A DNA stretch of 20,000 nucleotides, from IMG/VR virus record IMGVR_UViG_3300006888_000001; one strand, given 5' to 3'. This stretch comes from an uncultured virus (IMG/VR IMGVR_UViG_3300006888_000001). Its lineage: Duplodnaviria; Heunggongvirae; Uroviricota; Caudoviricetes. Below are positions 1-7,637 of the stretch, one piece after another. Position 1 is the first letter of the stretch, and every line of letters begins with the position of its first letter. Position numbers and translations under genes: made by a program. The notes below the pieces were generated by a model. It was not told the origin of the DNA and searched no databases. It saw only the letters and a program-made list of their open reading frames with translations.

Positions 1-1
1 C

Positions 2-130
2 ATCGTCGCTCATGACCTCTACAATCACGAGGGTCTGACAGGGGATGGCATAGCCGAAGCCTTTCAGGAGTTCGCCGCACAGGAGCAATTCAGTTTTTTT
101 CGCTTCGCCCCTTCGACAGTGACCGCTTAG
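2..130 (+). CDS. 3' end of an N6-adenine DNA methylase (HsdM-like or RM fusion subunit), partial; starts upstream of the window
   Basis: Frame 2 is open from the window start and reads IVAHDLYNHEGLTGDGIAEAFQEFAAQEQFSFFRFAPSTVTA*, with TAG at 128-130. The 'HDL.NH.G....GIAEAF.EFA..E..SFF' tail resembles C-termini of methylases that precede RxDAxY/F-type S subunits (from recall). It lies directly before a specificity subunit. Confidence 0.7.
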   Translation: MVAHDLYNHEGLTGDGIAEAFQEFAAQEQFSFFRFAPSTVTA

Positions 131-155
131 GCGCACTGTTGGAGGGGCTTGAAGC
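81..155 (+). promoter_or_regulatory. Putative programmed -1 ribosomal frameshift signal (internal SD, T_TTT_TTT heptamer, 3' stem-loop)
   Basis: AGGAG at 81-85. T7 at 94-100 is phased as X XXY YYZ in the methylase frame. A 6-nt spacer follows, then a 15-bp stem (107-121 with 134-148, two G-U pairs). The -1 frame is open and continuous with the S-subunit ORF. Confidence 0.75.
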
Positions 156-1536
156 AACTATAGCAAAATTATCGCAGCTTGAAAGGACATCGCGCATAGA
201 CGCAGAGTTCTTTAAACGGAGTTTTCTCCGCTCCGAGGCATTTATTAAAAAGTGTCAATGCAAAAGCGTCGATCAACTTACGCATGTCTCGGATGGTAAC
301 CATTTTTCGATTAGCGAAGACTTTGTTGACAATGGAATTCCATATTATCGTGGGCAAGATGTTACAAATCGATTCTTCATCGAGACATCCGCGCCAATCC
401 ACATAACTTATGAAGCATATGATCGAAAATACATGCGTAGGTCTTACCTCAAGCGAGGGGATGTTCTCTTATCAATCATTGGCACTATTGGCGAGTTAAG
501 CCTTGTTGCATCGGATAAACCAGCGACCTGTTCGTGCAAGTTGGCTATACTTCGACCACGCAAAATTACACCTGAGTACTTGGCGGTCTTCCTGCGCTCT
601 GAACATGGGCAAAACCAGATTGAACGGCTTACCCGTGGTGCGGTTCAGAAGGGTTTGATCCTCGAGGACATGGATCAGTTGTGGGTGCCGCAGGTATCGT
701 CAGAGTTCGAGAAGCGCATCACATATACTGTGCTTACGGCCCGCGACAAGCAAGAAGTCTCTGGCAGGGAGTTGATTAAGGCCGAAGAAATCCTATTATC
801 GGCCTTGGGGCTAAAGGGTTGGAAGCCACCGGAACCGCTTAGCTACACAGCCCGCGCTAGCGACGCCTTCGCCGCCGGACGTTGGGATGCGCAGTATTTC
901 CGTCCTTTGTTCGCCGAGGTCGAAAAGCGTCTTTCCGCTACGGGCAAGGCTGTTGCATTGGGTGCGATTCTCGATATCAACAGCCGTGGCCAACAACCAC
1001 TTTATGCGGACGAAGGATTGCCAGTCGTCAACTCTAAGCACGTCCGCACCAATAACGTATTGCTCGACAATGACAATCGCCGCGCCGTGGAAGCGGGCTC
1101 CCCCCTAATCATCAAAAAGGGCGATGTTCTGTTGAATGGAACAGGAGTCGGCACGATTGGCCGAGCCGCGGCCTATCTGCATGAGCAACAAGCGTTGCCC
1201 GACAACCATGTGACTGTCCTTCGCTCTGCACTTGTCGATCCTATATACCTTGCCGTGTTCCTTAATAGCCAGCTTGGCCAGTTGCAGATCGAGCGGCACA
1301 TCAAGGGTTCATCTGGCCAGATCGAACTCTATCCCGACGATATTGCGAAGGTGGTATTTTGGAACGCACCCGATCATGTGCAGGCAAAAGTCCGTAATGC
1401 CGTCTTGTCAGCTTTCAATCAAGAACGTCGCGCACAAGAACTGCTCGAAGGTGCCAAGCGCGCCGTCGAAATAGCCATTGAAGGCGGCGAACCTGCCGCG
1501 CTGGCCTTCCTTGATGCTGTAGAGGAGTCAAACTGA
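139..1536 (+). CDS. hsdS: Restriction-modification specificity subunit (two TRDs, HsdS / type IIB S-like); the frame is open back to 16 and is probably entered by frameshift
   Basis: Two repeated halves start RIDAEFF and RWDAQYF. Each half has TRD-like segments (LKRGDVLLSIIGTIG; IKKGDVLLNGTGVGTIGR; YLAVFLRS..GQ.QIER; YLAVFLNS..GQ.QIER) and a helical spacer. The only nearby start is a TTG. Confidence 0.85.
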   Translation: MEGLEATIAKLSQLERTSRIDAEFFKRSFLRSEAFIKKCQCKSVDQLTHVSDGNHFSISEDFVDNGIPYYRGQDVTNRFFIETSAPIHITYEAYDRKYMRRSYLKRGDVLLSIIGTIGELSLVASDKPATCSCKLAILRPRKITPEYLAVFLRSEHGQNQIERLTRGAVQKGLILEDMDQLWVPQVSSEFEKRITYTVLTARDKQEVSGRELIKAEEILLSALGLKGWKPPEPLSYTARASDAFAAGRWDAQYFRPLFAEVEKRLSATGKAVALGAILDINSRGQQPLYADEGLPVVNSKHVRTNNVLLDNDNRRAVEAGSPLIIKKGDVLLNGTGVGTIGRAAAYLHEQQALPDNHVTVLRSALVDPIYLAVFLNSQLGQLQIERHIKGSSGQIELYPDDIAKVVFWNAPDHVQAKVRNAVLSAFNQERRAQELLEGAKRAVEIAIEGGEPAALAFLDAVEESN

Positions 1537-2333
1537 TGGCCCTTCCCCCGCACGCGCAGGAATGGATGGGCAAGGCCGAGATCGACTACATCGGTCCCTT
1601 TGTGAAGGCATGGGCCGCGTTCAACGCATGGTATCGTCATGCCAGCGGGCAAGCAACCGAACGCGCCATGCTCAAATTCGCGATTCGTGATCACAATAGC
1701 CATCTGCGTCGTCATCTCCTGCCCCTTCTGACCAACGGTAACGGCACAGCAGAAGCGGAGCGGTTGAAGCTGGCGATATGCGACCTGCAACAAAAGCTCG
1801 ACGCCATTCATTTCGAGGTGACGCCCAAAGGACGACGTGAGCGGGTTTCGCTGCGCGAGGTCTGCATCAATCCGCCGGTCAACTGGAACGGCGATCATTT
1901 GGAAAAAAACAGGCACAGCTACACGGTGACAAAGATACAGGGTGGTCAGTATCAGATCACAGTCACATCATTGCAGACACAGCGGGTGCGCTTCCAGCAT
2001 ATTCAAGCAGGCTACGATCCGGCAGAAATCTATACGCTTCCTGATTTCAATAACAAGTTGTCTGAAGCTCAGCGCATAATTCTTCGACAGTTTTACGACA
2101 CATGCAATCCACGCCCAATGACGGATCTTGTTCAAGGCGGTGGCCCGGCGCTTGAAATCTCGACCATGCAGTTCCAATGCAGGGCCGAAGACCTGTTGGC
2201 TGGCTTGGTCGAGACGCTTTACGCCATGCGCAACGCCCTGCTGCACGGCGAAGTCGATCCCGACGAACAGGTGCTTGCCTGCTACGAACCCGCCTATCGG
2301 GTCGTCATGTGCTTCCTTAAGTCAATCGGGTAG
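1536..2333 (+). CDS. HEPN-domain protein (Apea-like), putative RNase effector
   Basis: C-terminal LYAMRNALLHGE carries the HEPN RxxxxH motif. The N-terminal FVKAWAAFNAWY helix is typical of Apea-like HEPNs. TGATG overlap with the hsdS stop. Confidence 0.7.
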   Translation: MALPPHAQEWMGKAEIDYIGPFVKAWAAFNAWYRHASGQATERAMLKFAIRDHNSHLRRHLLPLLTNGNGTAEAERLKLAICDLQQKLDAIHFEVTPKGRRERVSLREVCINPPVNWNGDHLEKNRHSYTVTKIQGGQYQITVTSLQTQRVRFQHIQAGYDPAEIYTLPDFNNKLSEAQRIILRQFYDTCNPRPMTDLVQGGGPALEISTMQFQCRAEDLLAGLVETLYAMRNALLHGEVDPDEQVLACYEPAYRVVMCFLKSIG

Positions 2334-2341
2334 GTGGACAG

Positions 2342-2415
2342 AATCAAGCGGTTAAGAAATTGCCAATGCGGTTACGCCGCACCGACATAACACTTGTGGG
2401 TTTTTTGTGGGTTTT
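2342..2415. promoter_or_regulatory. IHF consensus site plus tandem 11-bp repeat (possible integrase arm-type sites or island junction relic)
   Basis: AATCAAGCGGTTA at 2342-2354 matches WATCAANNNNTTR. TTGTGGGTTTT occurs twice, at 2394-2404 and 2405-2415. Confidence 0.45.
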
Positions 2416-2469
2416 GAACTCACGAGAATTAATGCTGTGGCTCAGTCCGCCAATGTTCTCTCTTCACTC

Positions 2470-3072
2470 TTAAAGTTCAAGTTTAAGTTCTTGTTCCAAT
2501 CCCAAAAAGCTGAGACTCTTGATTGTCTTCTTGCCGTTATCGATGATCAAGACAGTGTAATCTCCCTTATCCAAAGCAATTCTTTCCGGTTTTCTGTCGA
2601 TTAAAAAGGGCCCGATCCTGTTATTCGTGGCTTGATGTATCAGCCAAAGGGTGACCGTCTTTCGAGCGCTTACGGTCAGGACTCCTTTTTCTTTTTTTGT
2701 GCTGACTGGATGTATGACGGCACTGTTCGACGCAGTATTGTCTATTTGCATCTCTTTTTTGGTGATTTGGTAGACTTCATTTGCTATTGGGCGGCTGTTC
2801 GCTATGACTAAGTGCCCGAACTGGTAAATGATATACATTATTACCATAAAAGCAGGAATTCCAAAAATCAATCCTCTCCCATTATTCGCTCGCCAACGAG
2901 TGATCCTCCAAGCCTTGAGGTTTTCGTTTTTCTTTCTTTTCTCCTCGTTGATAATATCACGTGCAGAATACAGACATCCACATCGAGGACACGAAAGAGG
3001 AGAGAATTTCATATCCTGCTCATTCGCCTTGTACAGGCACTTGGGGCAAATTTTCACTGCTTGGTGTCCCAT
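2470..3072 (-). CDS. Hypothetical membrane protein with N-terminal zinc ribbon
   Basis: CPKC...CPRC at the N-terminus, a basic linker, one TM segment (GLIFGIPAFMVIMYIIYQFG) and a beta-rich C-terminal domain. Confidence 0.65.
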   Translation of the reverse strand: MGHQAVKICPKCLYKANEQDMKFSPLSCPRCGCLYSARDIINEEKRKKNENLKAWRITRWRANNGRGLIFGIPAFMVIMYIIYQFGHLVIANSRPIANEVYQITKKEMQIDNTASNSAVIHPVSTKKEKGVLTVSARKTVTLWLIHQATNNRIGPFLIDRKPERIALDKGDYTVLIIDNGKKTIKSLSFLGLEQELKLEL

Positions 3073-3286
3073 TAGCTGGCCAATAATTGAATTTATGAAA
3101 CCGATTATTGTTTTTATGACACGATTTCAACCCAATTTTGCTTTCGTGAGGTACCGTCCTATCATTCTTTACGCAGATGTAGGCGCAGCCGCTTCGTCCG
3201 AATGTATGACAACTTTTTTTGCTGATTTTCTGATCAAGCCGTGCTATTGGGGCGCCCAATAATTCATTTACTCATGGAAGGCGCAC

Positions 3287-3787
3287 ATGAAAAAGTTGTC
3301 CACGACTCTGCTTCTTTTCTTCCTTTTCCAGACGGGGTGCTTCAATCTGGCAACGCCTCCTTCTCAAATATCCGGATCATATACTTCAGAACTGCGGTAC
3401 CAAAGCTTCACGTGCGAAGAGCTCTCCGCAGAATTGAGTTCCCTGGCGCGGCGGGAGAACCAATTGGCAACGGCTCAAGAGCAGCGGCGAAAGTCGAGCA
3501 TGGTTCAGGCGTTTTGGATTGGATATGGCAACGGTGACGGGATAGAAGCCGCAGAATTGGCAAATGTGCGCGGAGAAAAAGAGGCCGTACGAAAGGCCAT
3601 TGAATCGAATCGGTGCGGAGCCTCTAAAAACCTTTCAGCAAAATCCGCCACAACTACCAATCCAGCAGGACCCTTGAACGACAACCTTAGGCGCGACCTG
3701 GAAACCATTGAACAGTGGAGGTCGGCTGGCATCCTCACTGAGAAAGAGGCAGGGGAGTTGAGAAGGGAAGCTCTGCAGAAATACTAG
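3287..3787 (+). CDS. Putative lipoprotein with C-terminal SHOCT-like domain
   Basis: MKK, hydrophobic stretch, then QTGC (imperfect lipobox, Cys18). The C-terminal LETIEQWRSAGILTEKEAGELRREAL resembles SHOCT. GGAAGG RBS upstream. Confidence 0.65.
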   Translation: MKKLSTTLLLFFLFQTGCFNLATPPSQISGSYTSELRYQSFTCEELSAELSSLARRENQLATAQEQRRKSSMVQAFWIGYGNGDGIEAAELANVRGEKEAVRKAIESNRCGASKNLSAKSATTTNPAGPLNDNLRRDLETIEQWRSAGILTEKEAGELRREALQKY

Positions 3788-4149
3788 GGTGAGGGTATGT
3801 CCATTGTTTGACAATTTTTATTTAAAGATAAGTTGCATGTAAAAAAAATTTCACAAAAGACATGAAATTTTATCATGCATAACTAAAATGAGTCTTTTAA
3901 ATTTCACTTTGCCTTGGTAGTGTAGACGAAAAAAATATGATTTCGCTAAGTATAATATACTGTTAAAATTTTGATGCGTAGAACGTTAAATTTAAATTTA
4001 TTTAATTCTGATTAAGCTAAATTTTGTTGTTCTTAACATCTTTAAATGTATTTTTTATGACTGTATATGTGTAAAATATATTTGAATCGTCGTTATTATT
4101 GAAAAAATTTAAAATAACTTTTCAAATCACTAAAAAAATTGAGGTTCGT

Positions 4150-4611
4150 ATGAAGGTGCTTGGAATTCGAACTGCGCCGAAGCAGTTGAGATTTGCATTG
4201 TTGGAAATGGACGGAACTGACATTAAATTCCTTAACCAAGACGCTGAAAATCTGATCAAGGTGCCCGCTAGTGTGACAGAGGTCGAAGACATTGTTCATT
4301 GGCAGAAATCGGAGATTGACAGAATACTCAGGCAAAATCAGGACATCGATTTGGTTGCGATTAAGACGAGCGAATATGCTGGAAATGAAACCAAATTAAC
4401 TCGCTTGGCTTCGTATCTTGACGCCGCTGTTTTGCTGGCCGCTAAAGATGCCAACATCACAGTCTGCACCCGTGTATACAGCCAAATCGGTACCAAAAGA
4501 GCAAACGTCAAGGAACACGCTGAGTCTAGAGTTGGTGCTACGGAAAAGTATTGGAACGAACAAATTGCCGACGCGATTATGGTGGCTTGGGCTGTCAGGG
4601 AAAAAGCCTAG
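4150..4611 (+). CDS. RNase H / RuvC-YqgF-like fold protein with substituted catalytic residues (153 aa)
   Basis: GAGGT RBS at 4141-4145 and ATG at 4150. MKVLGIR (cf. RuvC MxILGID), DLVAIK (cf. D.vaiE) and a C-terminal IADAIMVA helix (cf. ADAlAiA). Confidence 0.6.
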   Translation: MKVLGIRTAPKQLRFALLEMDGTDIKFLNQDAENLIKVPASVTEVEDIVHWQKSEIDRILRQNQDIDLVAIKTSEYAGNETKLTRLASYLDAAVLLAAKDANITVCTRVYSQIGTKRANVKEHAESRVGATEKYWNEQIADAIMVAWAVREKA

Positions 4612-5678
4612 TGTCGGCGCCGAAATTTAATGCAGGAGATAGGCTGTATAAGTATCAGCTAAAGCATCACATTGGTGGTGGTCATTTCGGCGAAGTTTGG
4701 CTCGCGCATGATCTCACTTTAGCTAGGGATGTTGCCATCAAGATTCTCGATGAAAATATGGCTTCTGTGGCGGAGAACCTGAACGAGGCAAAAGTCGGAA
4801 ATAGGCTTGAACACCCGAATGTTATCCACGTTCACTACGCGGACGTTGTCAGAACCCCCTCTGGAAATGTTGTAGCGATTGCTATGGATTTCCACTCAAA
4901 TGGCTGTGCGACTACACAGGTGAATTCATCTAACTTTCTACCAATGACAGAGGCGATTCGAATAACAATCGATATTCTCAGGGGGCTTGAGTACCTTCAT
5001 GAATCCGGCCTTTTTCACAACGACATTAAGCCTTCTAATATTCTTATTGGTCCACGAGGAGAAGGAATCCTCACGGATTATGGAATTTCTTGCGCATCGC
5101 CAAGTTTAAGTCCAGTGAAAGCACCAAATGTCTACATCCTTCACGCAGCGCCGGAAACCATTGCCACATGCAACATCACTCTATCGACTGACATATACCA
5201 AGTTGGTCTAACATTATTCAGATTGTTGAACGGTGTTGCAACTATTCGTGATTTACTTAACAGTGTTGGGGAAAAACAGTTTGAAGACCTAAAAGCAAAA
5301 GGAAAGGTGCCAAGAAAACAGGACTACTTACCATTTCCATCATCTGTAGCTAGAGTTATCGCAAAAGCCACTAAACCCAACCCAACTGACAGATTTCAAT
5401 CAGCACTGGGAATGCGGCGAGCACTCGAAGCAATTTCTGTAACTGGATATTGGACTACCGACGCCACGGGAGATTATCTTGGCGTTTTGGGTAACCAAAC
5501 ATTTCGTTTTTCTCAGGAAAAGACCAAGAGCGGATACAGGTTCAATGCGTTTCGTACGAGACTGGAGAGCGGTAATGAAACTCGCGTGGCGAAGATGTCT
5601 GGTTCAAGGCTAAATAATGATGAAATCAAGAAACATAAGAAAGATTTTATGCTTTCGGTGGTAAACGGTGAGTTGTGA
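4611..5678 (+). CDS. Hanks-type Ser/Thr protein kinase with a short C-terminal extra domain (355 aa from GTG 4611)
   Basis: Motifs GGGHFGEV, VAIK, alphaC Glu (NEA), HNDIKPSN, DYG, APE and DIYQVG. The GTG start overlaps the TAG stop of the upstream gene. No TM segment. Confidence 0.9.
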   Translation: MSAPKFNAGDRLYKYQLKHHIGGGHFGEVWLAHDLTLARDVAIKILDENMASVAENLNEAKVGNRLEHPNVIHVHYADVVRTPSGNVVAIAMDFHSNGCATTQVNSSNFLPMTEAIRITIDILRGLEYLHESGLFHNDIKPSNILIGPRGEGILTDYGISCASPSLSPVKAPNVYILHAAPETIATCNITLSTDIYQVGLTLFRLLNGVATIRDLLNSVGEKQFEDLKAKGKVPRKQDYLPFPSSVARVIAKATKPNPTDRFQSALGMRRALEAISVTGYWTTDATGDYLGVLGNQTFRFSQEKTKSGYRFNAFRTRLESGNETRVAKMSGSRLNNDEIKKHKKDFMLSVVNGEL

Positions 5679-5746
5679 TCTAAGAATTCGCTCCACGGAC
5701 AAAATTTTGCTTCGCTCGCATTTTTCCGGTGAGCTAAGCATTATAC
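5678..5746 (+). mobile_element. Degenerate integron attC recombination site
   Basis: R''-like ATCTAAG (5678-5684), 5 nt, GCTCCACGGACAAAA ... TTTTTCCGGTGAGC inverted arms, 5 nt, R'-like ATTATAC (5740-5746). Central GCTTCGCTCGC. It begins at the kinase stop codon. Confidence 0.65.
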
Positions 5747-5890
5747 GTTACAAGTTATTCTTATAGCAATGGATAATAAAAAAAAAGATTGAATCTTTAG
5801 CGGAATATTTGTTTTTTTATCATTTCTGTTGTTATTTGTTTCCTTCGCAGAATAATCTCCGGTTCGGAGCAGTGCTACATGATGCTGTCG

Positions 5891-6052
5891 TCAACGATTG
5901 CCAATTTCCTTCGCCTTCATCTCATTGAAACAAATGTTAATCTCGCAGTTTAACATTTCATGATTGCTCCTGAGAAGGAACACGGCAACCAGAAGAACGA
6001 GAAAAATGCTGACAATTGCAATTAAAGTTATCATTCCTTCTCTGTAACCCAT
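5891..6052 (-). CDS. Possible small single-pass membrane peptide (53 aa, or 47 aa from ATG 6034)
   Basis: Manual translation: MGYREGMITLIAIVSIFLVLLVAVFLLRSNHEMLNCEINICFNEMKAKEIGNR*. It is not in the supplied ORF track (below its apparent length cutoff). Confidence 0.35.
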   Translation of the reverse strand: MGYREGMITLIAIVSIFLVLLVAVFLLRSNHEMLNCEINICFNEMKAKEIGNR

Positions 6053-6528
6053 TTGGGAGAATATGCAATCCTATGTGTCAAATAGGGGCATACTCGAACT
6101 GATCGTTCGTGAGCCCTCCTCTGAAATGTCATCTGGGTAAATCGGCAATCATCGTCCTGTCACGCCGGTGGCTCAGAGTTCGAACTCAATGGGCTCCGCC
6201 CTGAACTCTAATTTTCTGTGGGATCTAACGAGGTGGAAAAGACGGGGTGTTCCGGGCATTTTTCATTATGGGTACCTATTCGTATGAATGAATATTATTG
6301 CGTACCTTTTGTGCGAATATTACGAGAATCAGACCTAATAATTATGATGTATTGTTGAGATTAAATTATGCATACAGATAAATATTTTTATCGATGCAGA
6401 ATATTTTATTAATTTTTTATACTATATCGATCATAAACATATTAAAATTTGTCAAAATGTTGGATTATTCTTATTGTTATTTTCAAAATCGACTTAATTT
6501 TCTATAATTTATAAATTTTGAATTAGTA

Positions 6529-6993
6529 TTATTTGGAAATTATAGCCAAAACAGCCTTATTTATCATATCTTTACTTGCTTCATTTTCCTTCATTACTTC
6601 GCAAACTTTGTCGATTAGCCGAAGCTGCGCTTCGCAAGACTTCGCATCATCATATGTATTGATCGTAAGCTCGGGGAGATCTTCAGGCTGCGATCCGTCA
6701 ATGTTTTGGGCGTTGGTCAGGCGCAGGTGTCGCGCTGTTGTCTGCGATGCGTCCGGGAGGAACATGTTCCCGGTGCCGTAGAAAAGCCAATTCATATCAA
6801 TGCCATAAGTTTGGCCAAGCTGCTGAATATGCGAGAACTTTGGTTCTGAATTTCCGTCCGTCTTCATGAAACTGTGCATGGATTGCCGGCTGATTCCGGC
6901 GGCCTTGGCCATGTCGGTCTGCTTTATACTGAGCTCGCGCTGAATGAGCAGAAACTGTTCTGAACATTTTACGCTTTCCATGCTGTTTGACAT
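6529..6993 (-). CDS. XRE/CI-like HTH repressor
   Basis: IKQTDMAKAAGISRQSMHSF HTH and a 'GIDMNWLFYGTGNMF' motif typical of phage repressors. ATG 6993 has an AGGGTGA RBS. No S24 peptidase domain seen. Confidence 0.8.
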   Translation of the reverse strand: MSNSMESVKCSEQFLLIQRELSIKQTDMAKAAGISRQSMHSFMKTDGNSEPKFSHIQQLGQTYGIDMNWLFYGTGNMFLPDASQTTARHLRLTNAQNIDGSQPEDLPELTINTYDDAKSCEAQLRLIDKVCEVMKENEASKDMINKAVLAIISK

Positions 6994-7008
6994 ACTGTTC
7001 ACCCTTAT

Positions 7009-7029
7009 GGACAAAAAATTTAATTGTCC
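7009..7029. promoter_or_regulatory. Candidate operator palindrome between divergent cI-like and cro-like genes
   Basis: GGACAA-N9-TTGTCC in the 77-bp AT-rich divergent intergenic gap. Confidence 0.4.
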
Positions 7030-7070
7030 TTATTTCTGTCTTGTATTCATTTCTAAAAGTGAGGGAGGCT

Positions 7071-7286
7071 ATGGGCGCTCTGGTTAAAAAACCTACACGG
7101 CAAAGCGAGCTGAACGCATGGCTCGTGCGACATCGTGTAAAAAAGATGGAACTCGCAAAACTTCTGGGAGTCTCATATCAGCGGCTGGTCCAGCAGCTGC
7201 GCGGCATATACATGACCGATGCCACGCGGGAGAAGCTGGTCTCAGCCGGCATTCCCGCCGAGCTTCTTCCAGGGAGCGACGAATGA
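7071..7286 (+). CDS. Cro-like HTH protein (71 aa)
   Basis: GGGAGG RBS and ATG at 7071. KMELAKLLGVSYQRLVQQL HTH. Divergent from the repressor. Confidence 0.75.
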   Translation: MGALVKKPTRQSELNAWLVRHRVKKMELAKLLGVSYQRLVQQLRGIYMTDATREKLVSAGIPAELLPGSDE

Positions 7287-7546
7287 ACTCTGAAGAAATT
7301 TTGTTCAAACGCAGCGGGCGTAAGCGCGTTTACGGCGACCGGGTCAAGGTGACGTTTTTTCTGGATGAAACCATCCATGCCGAGATCGAAACCACCGGGC
7401 GCGCCATTGGGCTGAATTTGACGGAGTCGTTGCATTGCTGCCTGGTCTTGGGCTTGCCTTTGTTTGAGGCCTATCCGGAACTGACACCCGTATTACAGAA
7501 TAAATTCAAAATAGAAACAACCGAAGAATCGGCTGAGCAGGATTGA
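7283..7546 (+). CDS. Small DNA-binding protein, ribbon-helix-helix-like (87 aa)
   Basis: ATGA overlap with the cro-like gene. KVTFFLDETIHAEIETTGRAIGLNLTESL fits a strand-helix-G-helix pattern. Confidence 0.55.
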   Translation: MNSEEILFKRSGRKRVYGDRVKVTFFLDETIHAEIETTGRAIGLNLTESLHCCLVLGLPLFEAYPELTPVLQNKFKIETTEESAEQD

Positions 7547-7637
7547 TTTTTCCGGTCGCGTCATTCTGAATTTACAGCCATTTTCTTTTTTTGACGTATT
7601 TTCGAATCAGCGTGCAAGGCTATTTGTTCAGAACAAA

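Noticed and set aside
3831..3884. Imperfect inverted repeat in the AT-rich intergenic region
   Set aside because: Such pairing is expected by chance in very AT-rich DNA, and no function can be supported.
4099..4610. ORF-track starts at 4099 and 4551 (also 6987, 7014, 7118, 7901, 10477, 12044)
   Set aside because: Downstream starts with an RBS, stop/start coupling or a family-typical N-terminus fit better: 4150, 4611, 7071, 6993, 7283, 8054, 10315 and 12155.
6170..6210. GAGTTCGAACTC palindrome resembling a tRNA T arm
   Set aside because: There is no 5-bp stem around a 7-nt loop and no acceptor or CCA context, so it is not a second att copy.
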